A DNA stretch of 64,000 nt, taken from assembly GCA_038207335.1 (NCBI GenBank), contig JBBQZX010000014.1, positions 32,001 through 96,000 on the forward strand. The letters are read 5' to 3'. Positions within the stretch are counted from its first letter, which is position 1; each line of letters opens with the position of its first letter. The DNA comes from Chthoniobacterales bacterium. Its GTDB lineage: Bacteria > Verrucomicrobiota > Verrucomicrobiia > Chthoniobacterales > Chthoniobacteraceae. Both the position numbers and the translations under genes were made by a program. A model generated the notes under the pieces. That model did not search any database, had not been told where the DNA came from, and saw only the letters and a program-made list of their open reading frames with translations. This document shows, one piece after another, positions 37,121 to 45,534 of this stretch.

Positions 37121-38410
37121 ATGGAAAAAATCTACGACACCGCGATCATCGGCGGCGGGCCTGCGGGCAGCACCGCGGCAGCGCTTCTCTCTCGCGCGGG
37201 CCGCTCGGTCATCGTCCTTGAGCGGGAGAGATTCCCGCGCTTCCACATCGGCGAATCGCTCCTGCCTTATAGTATGCCGATCTTCGAGCGCCTCGGCCTC
37301 CGCGAAGTCCTCGACCGCACCTTTCTTCACAAGCAGGGCGCCGAACTCGCCACCGCATGCGGCGAGCGACGTGTGAAGTTTTTCTTCAAGAACGGCTTCC
37401 GCCTCGACCACGTCTATTCCTACCAGGTCGAGCGCGCGACTTTCGACAAAATGCTCCTCGATCACGCCGCCACAAACGGTGCCGAAGTGCGCGAAGAAAC
37501 TGCCGTCGAGGCCGTCGATTTCGACTCCGACGGCGCCACCCTGCAGCTCCGCGGCACGGGCGAAAATCGCACCATCCGCGCCCGATATGTCATCGACGCG
37601 AGCGGCCGGAACACCCTCCTCGGCTCCCAGTTCAAGCTCAAGCGCAGCTACCCGCACCTCAATAAATTCTCCGTCTTCGCGCACTTCGACGGCGTCACGC
37701 GCGACCCAGGCCCGGACGCCACGCTCACCCGCATGATCCGCGGCGCGGATCGCTGGTTCTGGATGATCCCGCTCGGCGAAAATCGCATGAGCATCGGCCT
37801 CGTCATGGACACTGCGGACTTCAAAAATCTCCGCCGATCGCCCGAGGAAGCCCTCACCGCCGCGCTCGCCGAGCAGCCCACCATCGCCGCGCGCATGGAA
37901 AACGCCGAGCGCGTCTCGCCCGTTCACTCCACCGGCGACTACTCGTATCGCAGCGACAAATTCGCCGGAGACCGATGGCTCCTCGCTGGCGACGCCGCCG
38001 GTTTCATCGACCCCGTTTTCAGCACCGGCGTCTATCTCGCGCTCCTCTCCGGCGAAGGCGCCGCCGACGCCATCGACCTCGCGCTCCGCAAGCCCCACCG
38101 CCGCGCCAGCCGCTTCGCCGCATACGAGCAACGCCTCCTCGGCGCGATGAAACTCTACCTCCGCTTCGTCGATTCCTGGTACACGCCCGAGTTCGCCGAA
38201 GTCATCTCGCAGCCCACTGCGCGCTTCCAGCTCCCCGGCGCGATCAATGCAATCCTCGCCGGAAACATCTCTGGCGGCTTCGCCATCTGGTGGCGCATGC
38301 AGCTCTTCTATCTCGTGATTTTTCTCCAGCGTTTCTACCCGCTCTGCCCGCGCCTCAGCCTCCGCCCGCAGCCCATCGCCGAGCCATCCCCCACCGCGTG
38401 CACACATTGA
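37121..38410 (+). CDS. Flavin-dependent halogenase-like oxidoreductase 3
   Basis: IGGGPAG, FPRFHIGESLLP, LHKQGA, QVERATFD, DASGR, WFWMIPL, GDAAGFIDPVFSTG. Confidence 0.88.
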   Translation: MEKIYDTAIIGGGPAGSTAAALLSRAGRSVIVLERERFPRFHIGESLLPYSMPIFERLGLREVLDRTFLHKQGAELATACGERRVKFFFKNGFRLDHVYSYQVERATFDKMLLDHAATNGAEVREETAVEAVDFDSDGATLQLRGTGENRTIRARYVIDASGRNTLLGSQFKLKRSYPHLNKFSVFAHFDGVTRDPGPDATLTRMIRGADRWFWMIPLGENRMSIGLVMDTADFKNLRRSPEEALTAALAEQPTIAARMENAERVSPVHSTGDYSYRSDKFAGDRWLLAGDAAGFIDPVFSTGVYLALLSGEGAADAIDLALRKPHRRASRFAAYEQRLLGAMKLYLRFVDSWYTPEFAEVISQPTARFQLPGAINAILAGNISGGFAIWWRMQLFYLVIFLQRFYPLCPRLSLRPQPIAEPSPTACTH

Positions 38411-38823
38411 TTTCCCGACTCCTTGCCGCCCTCGCGCTGCTGCTCGCCGGGTGCCAGACGCCGCTCGCATTCCCCACGCCCGACGCGCAGTGGCGGACCC
38501 GCGTCGGCCAGCTCCAATACGTCACGCCCACCCGCTCCATCATCGGCGATTGCGTCGTTTCGCGGCACGGCACCGACTTCCAGCTCGACTTCCGCACCGG
38601 CCCCGGATTCCCGCTTTTGCGCCTCTGGAGTTCGGGGGGAAAAGCGCGCGCTGAGGGTGTCATTGCGCGTGGCTCGTGGCAGGGAGACCCATCGCATCCT
38701 CCGCAAAAGCTCGTCGGTTTCCTCAAGCTCCCGGCCGCGCTCGCCGCGCAAAATCACACCTCGCGAGTCACCGTAAATTCCGCCGAAACCGGCGAGCGAT
38801 TCACTTTCGTCTTCTCGAAATAA
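38407..38823 (+). CDS. Lipoprotein
   Basis: Hydrophobic leader with lipobox LLAG-C; TTG start overlaps the upstream stop (alternative GTG 38398). Confidence 0.75.
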   Translation: MISRLLAALALLLAGCQTPLAFPTPDAQWRTRVGQLQYVTPTRSIIGDCVVSRHGTDFQLDFRTGPGFPLLRLWSSGGKARAEGVIARGSWQGDPSHPPQKLVGFLKLPAALAAQNHTSRVTVNSAETGERFTFVFSK

Positions 38824-38839
38824 CAGACTCATCGGCCGC

Positions 38840-41332
38840 ATGAGTCTGGATCGCACCGTCGCCCATTTCGTCACCCACCGCCGCCGCCTCATCGGCGTCG
38901 GCGTCGCGCTGCTCGTCGTCGCCTCGCTGCTCCTCATCGTCCTCCGGGGCGAGCTCGCATCCGACATTCTCGACCTCCTTCCGCAGCACTTCGACTCAGT
39001 TCAAACCTTCAAGATCTACGACCGCGAATTCAGCCAGGGACGCGAACTCACATTCGTCATCGAGGACGAAACCGGCGCCGCCGACCTCGACGCGTTCGCC
39101 TCGTTTTTTGGAGAAATGCTCGGCCACGAGCCGGGCATCGTCCGCGTCATGGATCACGCGCTCACCGACAGCGAAGACGGCGTGCACGAAGTCCAATCCA
39201 TCGCCGCCCCGCTGCTGCTAAATCTCGAACCCGCCGAATTCTCCACCGCCATCACAGCGCTGGCTCCCGCCGCAATCGAGGCGCGACTGAAGCGCCTGCG
39301 CGAGTCACTCGAAGCCGGTTCGCCGAAAGCCGAAATGGAACTCGAGCTCGACCCACTCGGCCTCGTCACGCCTGCATTGAAGCCACTCTCCGGCTCATTC
39401 TCGCTCGAAAAAGCGCAGCCCCTCGCCTCGCCCGACGGCACGCTGCGGCTCGTCCTCGCCATCACCGACCAAACCGATCTTGGCGCGCACGCGTGCCAGG
39501 CCACCATGCGACGCATTCACGAGTTCACCGCCCGTGCGCTCGCTGCTTGGAGCGCCGCCGGCCACGACGAGCCACCTCCGCGCGTCCTCGTCACCGGCCG
39601 CACCGCATACGTCGCGGAACTCTCGTTGAAGATGCGCAGCGACATCGTCTGGACGCTCCTCAGCTCCATTGTACTCGTCGCGTTTACATTTTACGCCGGC
39701 TTCCGCCAGCTCCGTCCGCTGCTCGCGATCATGCACGTTCTGCTTCTCTGCTGCATCGTCGGCATCGCCGCGGGCGTCCTCATTTTCCACTCGCTGAATA
39801 TGATCACGATCGGCCTCTGCTCGATCCTCATCGGCCTCGGCGTCGATTTCGGAATGCTCCTTTTCGGCATCTACCAGATCGAGCGCAACGCCGGGCACGA
39901 CCACGAGACAGCCGTCGCATCCGCGCTCAAACACCACGGCAGCGGCATCATCTTTGGCGCGCTCACCAGCGCCGCAGCATTCCTCTGCCTCGTGCTCAGC
40001 GAATGCGCGGGCTTCATCCAGCTCGGCGTCCTCATCGCGTTCGGCATCCTCTTCGCCGCGCTGTTCATGATGACGGTTTTCTTTGTCCTCCTCCCGCGCA
40101 AACACCGCCCGCGCAGCGACGACTGGATGCGCACCGGCAGCCACAAATTCGTTCGCGCCGTCCTCGCCTCGCCGCGCGCATTTGTTCTCGCCGGCGCAGC
40201 GCTCCTCGTCGCCCTCACCGCCTTCTGCTTCACCCCGGCGGGTCGGGTAAAATTCGAGGCAAACCCCAAATCGCTCGAGCCGCGAAACAGCCGCGCCGGC
40301 GAGGCCATGCGCCTCATTCAGTCGAAGATGCCAGCCGTCGGCGAACCGCTCATCGCGCTCGTCAGCGCACCCGACGCCGAGCGTTTCCACGACGACTGGA
40401 GCCGGGTCAACACGGCTTGGGCGTCACTCGCCTCCGCGCAGAAAATTCGTAGCGTCGCGACGCCGTCCGCCTTCGCCCTCTCCCCAGAGCGCGCGCGCGC
40501 CAATGCTGCATCCATCGGCCTTCCGCAGCTTTCCGCCGCCCGCGACGCGCTCACAAAGACTCTCACCCGCGAGGGGCTCAGCCCCGCTTCCTTCGCCTCG
40601 GCATTCACCCTCCTCGACTCGCTCGAAGCCGCCGTCCACGGCAACTTCGACCTCCTCGACTGGCACAAATCCCTGCCCATCAATTCGAGCTGGTGGTTCA
40701 TCCTCGACCGCTTCCTCGGCGACAGCCCAAACGTCGGGATGGCCTACGTCACGCCCCTCCAGCCCCTCACCTCCTTCGAGCAAAAAGAAACCCTCCGCCG
40801 CCTCCTCGAGGTCCCCGGCGTCGAGACCCACATCTCCGGCTGGACGTACACGCTCGCCGATTTGCTCCCGTGGTCGAAAGGCAAAGTCGTCCTCCTCACC
40901 AGCGTCATGCTCGGCCTGAATGTCCTTCTTTTGCTCTTCCTCTACCGCAGCTTTTTCCCGCTCGCGATCCTCATGCTCAGCCTCGCGCTCTCTGTCGGCG
41001 CCATGCTCGCCACGCTGCAAATCTGCGGAGTCGCGCTCAATCTTTTCAACGTCCTCGCACTCCCGCTCGTGCTCGGCGTTGGCGTCGATTACGGCATCTA
41101 CATCGTCATCGCCATGCGCGCACCGGGCGACATCGACCGCTCACTTTCCACCATCGTGAAGCCCGTCCTGCTCAGCGGCCTCACCACCGCGGTCGGCTTC
41201 GGCTCCCTCGCCACCGCGCAGAATCCCGCGCTCCGCGGCCTCGGCTTCGTCTGCGCCACCGGAGTCGCATGGTGCCTTTTCTCCACCCTCTTTTTCATCC
41301 TCCCCGCCTACGTCTGGCGGCAGAAAAAGTAA
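38840..41332 (+). CDS. MMPL/RND family lipid exporter 2
   Basis: GLGVDFG and GVGVDYG motifs, LTTAVGFGSL; duplicated TM architecture. Confidence 0.9.
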   Translation: MSLDRTVAHFVTHRRRLIGVGVALLVVASLLLIVLRGELASDILDLLPQHFDSVQTFKIYDREFSQGRELTFVIEDETGAADLDAFASFFGEMLGHEPGIVRVMDHALTDSEDGVHEVQSIAAPLLLNLEPAEFSTAITALAPAAIEARLKRLRESLEAGSPKAEMELELDPLGLVTPALKPLSGSFSLEKAQPLASPDGTLRLVLAITDQTDLGAHACQATMRRIHEFTARALAAWSAAGHDEPPPRVLVTGRTAYVAELSLKMRSDIVWTLLSSIVLVAFTFYAGFRQLRPLLAIMHVLLLCCIVGIAAGVLIFHSLNMITIGLCSILIGLGVDFGMLLFGIYQIERNAGHDHETAVASALKHHGSGIIFGALTSAAAFLCLVLSECAGFIQLGVLIAFGILFAALFMMTVFFVLLPRKHRPRSDDWMRTGSHKFVRAVLASPRAFVLAGAALLVALTAFCFTPAGRVKFEANPKSLEPRNSRAGEAMRLIQSKMPAVGEPLIALVSAPDAERFHDDWSRVNTAWASLASAQKIRSVATPSAFALSPERARANAASIGLPQLSAARDALTKTLTREGLSPASFASAFTLLDSLEAAVHGNFDLLDWHKSLPINSSWWFILDRFLGDSPNVGMAYVTPLQPLTSFEQKETLRRLLEVPGVETHISGWTYTLADLLPWSKGKVVLLTSVMLGLNVLLLLFLYRSFFPLAILMLSLALSVGAMLATLQICGVALNLFNVLALPLVLGVGVDYGIYIVIAMRAPGDIDRSLSTIVKPVLLSGLTTAVGFGSLATAQNPALRGLGFVCATGVAWCLFSTLFFILPAYVWRQKK

Positions 41333-42216
41333 TGCTCCGCGCGCTCTACAGCCTCGGCGCATTCAAGATCGCCCTCGCGCTCGCGCGCTACCTGCCGCGC
41401 GCTCTTAACCACGAAATCGCGCCGCTCGCCGGGCGCATCGGATACTGGCGCAACCCCGCCGGACGCGCCGCACTCCGCGCAAATCTCAGCCGCGTCACCG
41501 ATCGCACCGGCCCGGATTTCGATGCCCTCTGCGCGCTCAACGTGCGTCGATTCAGCCAAATGATGGCCGACTACTTTGTCTGCGCAAACGACGACAAACG
41601 CGCCGAACAACTGCTCGGGGAATGGCGCGGCTGGGATAATATCGAGGCCGCGCGAGCCCGTGGAAAAGGCGTGATCCTCGTCACCGCCCATCTCGGAAAC
41701 TGGGAACTCGGCGGCACCCTGCTCGCGCTCCGCGGCCTCCCGATGAGCATCATCACGCTCGAAGAACCCACCGGCGAACTCCAGCGCTGGCGCGCCGAGC
41801 GGCGCCGCAGGCTTGGCATCAAAACGATCACCGTCGGCCCCGGGCACGATTTTGCGTTCGTCGAAATGATCCAGGCCCTCAAGCGCAACGAAGTCCTCGC
41901 GATGCTCGTCGATCGCCCCTACCCCGGCACCGGCACGCCAGTAAAACTCTTCGGCGACACCACCGAATTTTCAACCGGCCCCGCGCTCCTCTGGCAGCAC
42001 ACCGACGCCGCAGTCGTCCCCGCGTTCGTCCTGCGAAACGAGCGCACAAAATACGTCTCTTTCGCCGACCCGATGCTCCCCCTCACCTCCGCCGAAGACC
42101 CCCGCACCGCACAACTTTCCAACACCCAACTCATTGCCACCTATTTTGAAAACATCATCCGCCAACACCCCGACCAGTGGTTCAACTACGTCCCAGTTTT
42201 CACGTCCGACCTGTAA
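41332..42216 (+). CDS. LpxL/HtrB-like (lipid A-type) acyltransferase
   Basis: GKGVILVTAHLGNWE, AMLVDRP, IRQHPDQWF; TAATG overlap with the MMPL stop. Confidence 0.9.
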   Translation: MLRALYSLGAFKIALALARYLPRALNHEIAPLAGRIGYWRNPAGRAALRANLSRVTDRTGPDFDALCALNVRRFSQMMADYFVCANDDKRAEQLLGEWRGWDNIEAARARGKGVILVTAHLGNWELGGTLLALRGLPMSIITLEEPTGELQRWRAERRRRLGIKTITVGPGHDFAFVEMIQALKRNEVLAMLVDRPYPGTGTPVKLFGDTTEFSTGPALLWQHTDAAVVPAFVLRNERTKYVSFADPMLPLTSAEDPRTAQLSNTQLIATYFENIIRQHPDQWFNYVPVFTSDL

Positions 42217-42220
42217 TTTC

Positions 42221-42883
42221 GTGAAATCCCTCACCGCAATTTTCGCGACACTTCTCTTCGCTCCGCTCGCGCACGCCGCCGAACTAACCCCGGCCGACAC
42301 CACCGAAGTCCTCCAAAAACTCGAGCAACGCCGCGCCAAAGCCCCCTCCCTAACCGCCGATTTTTCCGAGGAAAAAACGACGCACCTGCTGAACAAACCG
42401 CTCGTCAGTAACGGCACGCTTTCCTTCCTCGCCCCGGGCAAATTCCGCCGCGAAGTCAAAGGATCAAATCCCAGCCTCACCGTCAGCAACGGCGAGAAGC
42501 TTTGGATTTTCTACCCCAACTTCAACGAGGTCGAACTCTACCAACTCGGCGAGCGTGCCTTTTTCGACGACGCCATCGCCGCGCTCACCGCCGGTCTGAA
42601 TTTCAACCGCGTCGCCGACTTCTACAAACTCCACGCCTTCGCCGAAAACGGCGGATACCGCTTCGTCCTCACCCCCCGCGCCAGCGGCGCCAAACGCGTC
42701 GTCCGCGAAATCACCGTCTGGCTGGACGACGACTTCAAGATCCAGCGCACCGAGGCCACGCTCCCCAAAGGCGACCACGTCACCACCACCTACCGCAACC
42801 AGCGCACCACCCCCGTCCCCCCCACCGCCTTCGAGTTCACCCCACCCCCCGCCGCCCACCTCACCCAACCACTCGGAAAGTAA
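42221..42883 (+). CDS. LolA-like carrier 2
   Basis: Signal peptide ending AHA; LTADFSEEK, G.L.FLAPGKFR, VSNGEKLW, FEFTPP. Confidence 0.85.
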   Translation: MKSLTAIFATLLFAPLAHAAELTPADTTEVLQKLEQRRAKAPSLTADFSEEKTTHLLNKPLVSNGTLSFLAPGKFRREVKGSNPSLTVSNGEKLWIFYPNFNEVELYQLGERAFFDDAIAALTAGLNFNRVADFYKLHAFAENGGYRFVLTPRASGAKRVVREITVWLDDDFKIQRTEATLPKGDHVTTTYRNQRTTPVPPTAFEFTPPPAAHLTQPLGK

Positions 42884-42967
42884 GCGCCCATCGGCATCCC
42901 CAGCCATCGCCCCTCTCGCGTTACCCAAAATTCAACCTCCCGCCAACCACACCCGGCAGAAAATGAA

Positions 42968-42995
42968 TTTACAACCGCGTCCAAAAACCTACCTT
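42968..42995 (+). promoter_or_regulatory. Possible sigma70 promoter of the tRNA gene
   Basis: TTTACA-16 nt-TACCTT, 15 nt upstream of the tRNA. Confidence 0.35.
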
Positions 42996-43010
42996 CTGCC
43001 CTCCGCTTTT

Positions 43011-43081
43011 TGCCAGATGGTGTAACGGTAGCACAAACGACTCTGACTCGTTTTGTCTAGGTTCGAATCCTAGTCTGGCAG
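43011..43081 (+). tRNA. tRNA-Gln (anticodon CTG); CCA not encoded
   Basis: Acceptor stem TGCCAGA/TCTGGCA, anticodon arm AACGA-CTCTGAC-TCGTT, T arm CTAGG-TTCGAAT-CCTAG; followed by a T-run. Confidence 0.96.
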
Positions 43082-43464
43082 CTCTTTTTTTTGGAGAACA
43101 CACTCTGGAATGCTGATGGATACAAGTTTTTCGGGCGATGGATCGTGTTCTCATTCATGCTCATTCGTTGCCATTTTCTACCATTAAACGCCGTAATTTT
43201 GGCACTCACCTGGAACTGACTCGGAAGTGCGGGAGCGGGCTTGGCGTTCGTTCGTCTCGCCTGCACGATGGATTAAGATTGTCCGAGGGTGTGCTCGTGC
43301 TCGGTCTGCAAATCGCGCACACGCACGTATTTCTCCACTAAGTCTGGCGAACCTTCGACGCTGAGGCTCGCATGGGCGCGTGAGGATGTAAGTTGGTGTC
43401 ACCCTGATCGGGAAAGGTTCACAAGCGGCGAAGCCGAGAGATTGACGAAGAGGACAAGAACTGA

Positions 43465-43824
43465 ACATGCCAATAATCAGGAACGCGCGCAGGTGGCGGA
43501 CCTTTCCCCCACCCGTGCAGGAAGCAACTGGCGCGCGGATCGAACTCGCGTTCGTGGACCAGGGCTACACTGGCGGAGACGCAGCCACCCAGGCCGCCGC
43601 GCACTCCGATAAGGCTCGCGGTGGTCCAAACTCCCGGAGAGCAAACGTGGCTTTGTGCTCCTGCCCAAACGCAGGGTGATCGAACGCTCCTTCGCCTGGT
43701 CCGCGCGCTTCCGCTGCCTCGCCCGCCTCCCTTTCTCCCTCGCCGCAATCCACTGGCTCGCCTTTGCCTCCTTCATGCTCAAGTCCCTCTTCTCTCACTC
43801 TCAAAAGCACCTAACATCCTCTAG
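43465..43824 (+). mobile_element. Degenerate 3' fragment of an IS5-family transposase with a probable right-end remnant
   Basis: Across frameshifts reads QERAQVADL / VQEATG.RIELAFVDQGYTG / KLPESKRGFVLLPKRRVIERSFAWSARFR.LAR / HWLAFASFML; ends AACATCCTC-TAG. Confidence 0.85.
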
Positions 43825-43830
43825 GGTATT

Positions 43831-44952
43831 TTAGTTATTCTCGAACTCAAACAAATCCATTAAATCATGCGCCACCGCATCCCGATTTCCCAAAGGCGGG
43901 ATGTCGAAACGCTTCTCGATAAATCTCAAAACTGAAGTGTGATCGGCGATTTCGTGCGAAACATAGTGGGTTTTCGAAAATGGCGAGATGGCCATAAAAG
44001 GGACCCTAAACCCGTAACGATTGAAATCCCAACCGTATCTATCCCTAAGGGCCGCGTAATATTTCAACATAGGGCTATCATCAGGTATGACAGCCGAAGG
44101 CACCTTTACATGATCGTAGAAGCCGCCGCATTCGTCATAAGTGAGGAAAATCACCGAACTGTCCCAAGTGGCCGAATTTTGAATACTCGCGATCCTAGAT
44201 TGAACCCAGCTTGAGCCCGTAATCGGGTCTGCCGTAGGATGTTCATCGGTTATGCCTAAAACGGCGTCCAAAAAAACCACATCTGGGAGCGTGCTTGAAC
44301 TTAACGCCTCGTTAAATTGCGCAATGCTCTTTTTCACATACTTCGCCCCAAATAGCTTATTTATGAAGGCTTTGCCGTCGGTGTAGTATCCCCAAGTGAG
44401 TCCGCGCGCATCTAAAGCATCTAGGATGAGATATGGCTGAATTCCATACCTCTGAAGCACGGCGATTGAAAAATTTGTGCAGAGTCCATAAGAAGTTCCA
44501 GCCAAAAGAAATGAACGGTTTGGGTGGGTTGGCCCCATAACCGACGAGAAGTAGCGGTCCGAGATTGCGTATGTGTTGGCTAAATCGTAATAGTACGGCA
44601 AATCATCTTTCGTGTAATACACCATACTTCTTTGGCTAAAACGATTTTGATCGCCATTATTATAATACCGCCACATAGGACCCCACCCATGAGCGGGGTC
44701 AGGCCTTCGGCCTGCGGGCTGAGGGTAGGGAATAAGAGGTGGCGAGCTCCTTGAATTGACGGCGATGGGCTGACGATCGTAGACATCTACTTCGTCACCA
44801 TAGAATTCTTCATTACCTAAGTCCGCAAAGTAATGATCAAATGACCGATTTTCCTGCATGATTACGATGACATGCTTTATGTCTTCGAGGCTGGCGGCAG
44901 GTCCAGAATTTATCAAAAGTAAGCAAAAAATCGAGGCAAAAAATAATCTCAT
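43831..44952 (-). CDS. Phospholipase C/acid phosphatase (phosphoesterase) family protein, exported; AT-rich
   Basis: IKHVIVIMQENRSFDHYF, GPTHPNR, DEHP, TYDECGGFYDHV, GFRVP..ISPF, DHTSVLRFIE. Confidence 0.92.
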   Translation of the reverse strand: MRLFFASIFCLLLINSGPAASLEDIKHVIVIMQENRSFDHYFADLGNEEFYGDEVDVYDRQPIAVNSRSSPPLIPYPQPAGRRPDPAHGWGPMWRYYNNGDQNRFSQRSMVYYTKDDLPYYYDLANTYAISDRYFSSVMGPTHPNRSFLLAGTSYGLCTNFSIAVLQRYGIQPYLILDALDARGLTWGYYTDGKAFINKLFGAKYVKKSIAQFNEALSSSTLPDVVFLDAVLGITDEHPTADPITGSSWVQSRIASIQNSATWDSSVIFLTYDECGGFYDHVKVPSAVIPDDSPMLKYYAALRDRYGWDFNRYGFRVPFMAISPFSKTHYVSHEIADHTSVLRFIEKRFDIPPLGNRDAVAHDLMDLFEFENN

Positions 44953-45049
44953 TCGAATTTGCCTAACTGTTCTGGATTCTCCATGCCGGAGCGGAGCCGA
45001 GCGAGGCTTGATTGGCAACGTTTTTCTACGACACGTCCGGAAATAGGGG

Positions 45050-45268
45050 TCAGGCGAGATTTCTTGACAGAAAATTCGGTGTCACGGGCTTGAGGATGCC
45101 CCGTCCGCGCTTGATGAGAGCAGCGGTCACCGGCTTGAGGGGAATCCCTTCGAGCGTCGCTTGGGCAACAGCCTTGGTGCCATCTTCAATATTGAAGTGT
45201 CTGCGAAGCCAGGCGGGAACGACGACTTGGCCTTTGGTGGTGAACCAAACGGAATCTGTTTTTGTCAT
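45050..45268 (-). CDS. AbrB/MazE/SpoVT-type DNA-binding (antitoxin) protein, possibly 3'-truncated
   Basis: TTKGQVVVPAWLRRHFNIEDGT...EGI.LKPV is the AbrB-fold pattern. Confidence 0.8.
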   Translation of the reverse strand: MTKTDSVWFTTKGQVVVPAWLRRHFNIEDGTKAVAQATLEGIPLKPVTAALIKRGRGILKPVTPNFLSRNLA

Positions 45269-45534
45269 CGCGCTCGCGGTTAAAACTTCGATCTATGACT
45301 CCGTGTAAGTCAAGATAGATAAAGTAGAACAGAGGGTTACACGGCGGACTCCATCGAGACGAGCCGACTCGTGCGGGACGAGAGAGCGACCGAGCGAGAT
45401 TTTCATGGGGCGGTGAAAGACCGGATGCCTGCATGAGAACCGTTCACCCACATCGCGTTTTCACCGCCGGAAGGATCTCTCAGATGGCGCTTCAAGCGGG
45501 AGAGCGGTCAGGTCGGGAGGCTGGCGAAGGGGCG

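Noticed and set aside
40693..41331. Long N-terminal extensions in the ORF track (40693, 37975, 26271, 28586, 33013, 2381, 5328, 51650, 60000) suggesting fusions
   Set aside because: Arg/Pro-rich off-frame read-through of the upstream gene or intergenic DNA; internal starts with start/stop overlaps or signal peptides fit better
43082..43465. Possible integrase remnant or attR duplicate of the tRNA 3' end
   Set aside because: The frames I translated gave no tyrosine-recombinase motif, and I found no second copy of the tRNA 3' end in the window
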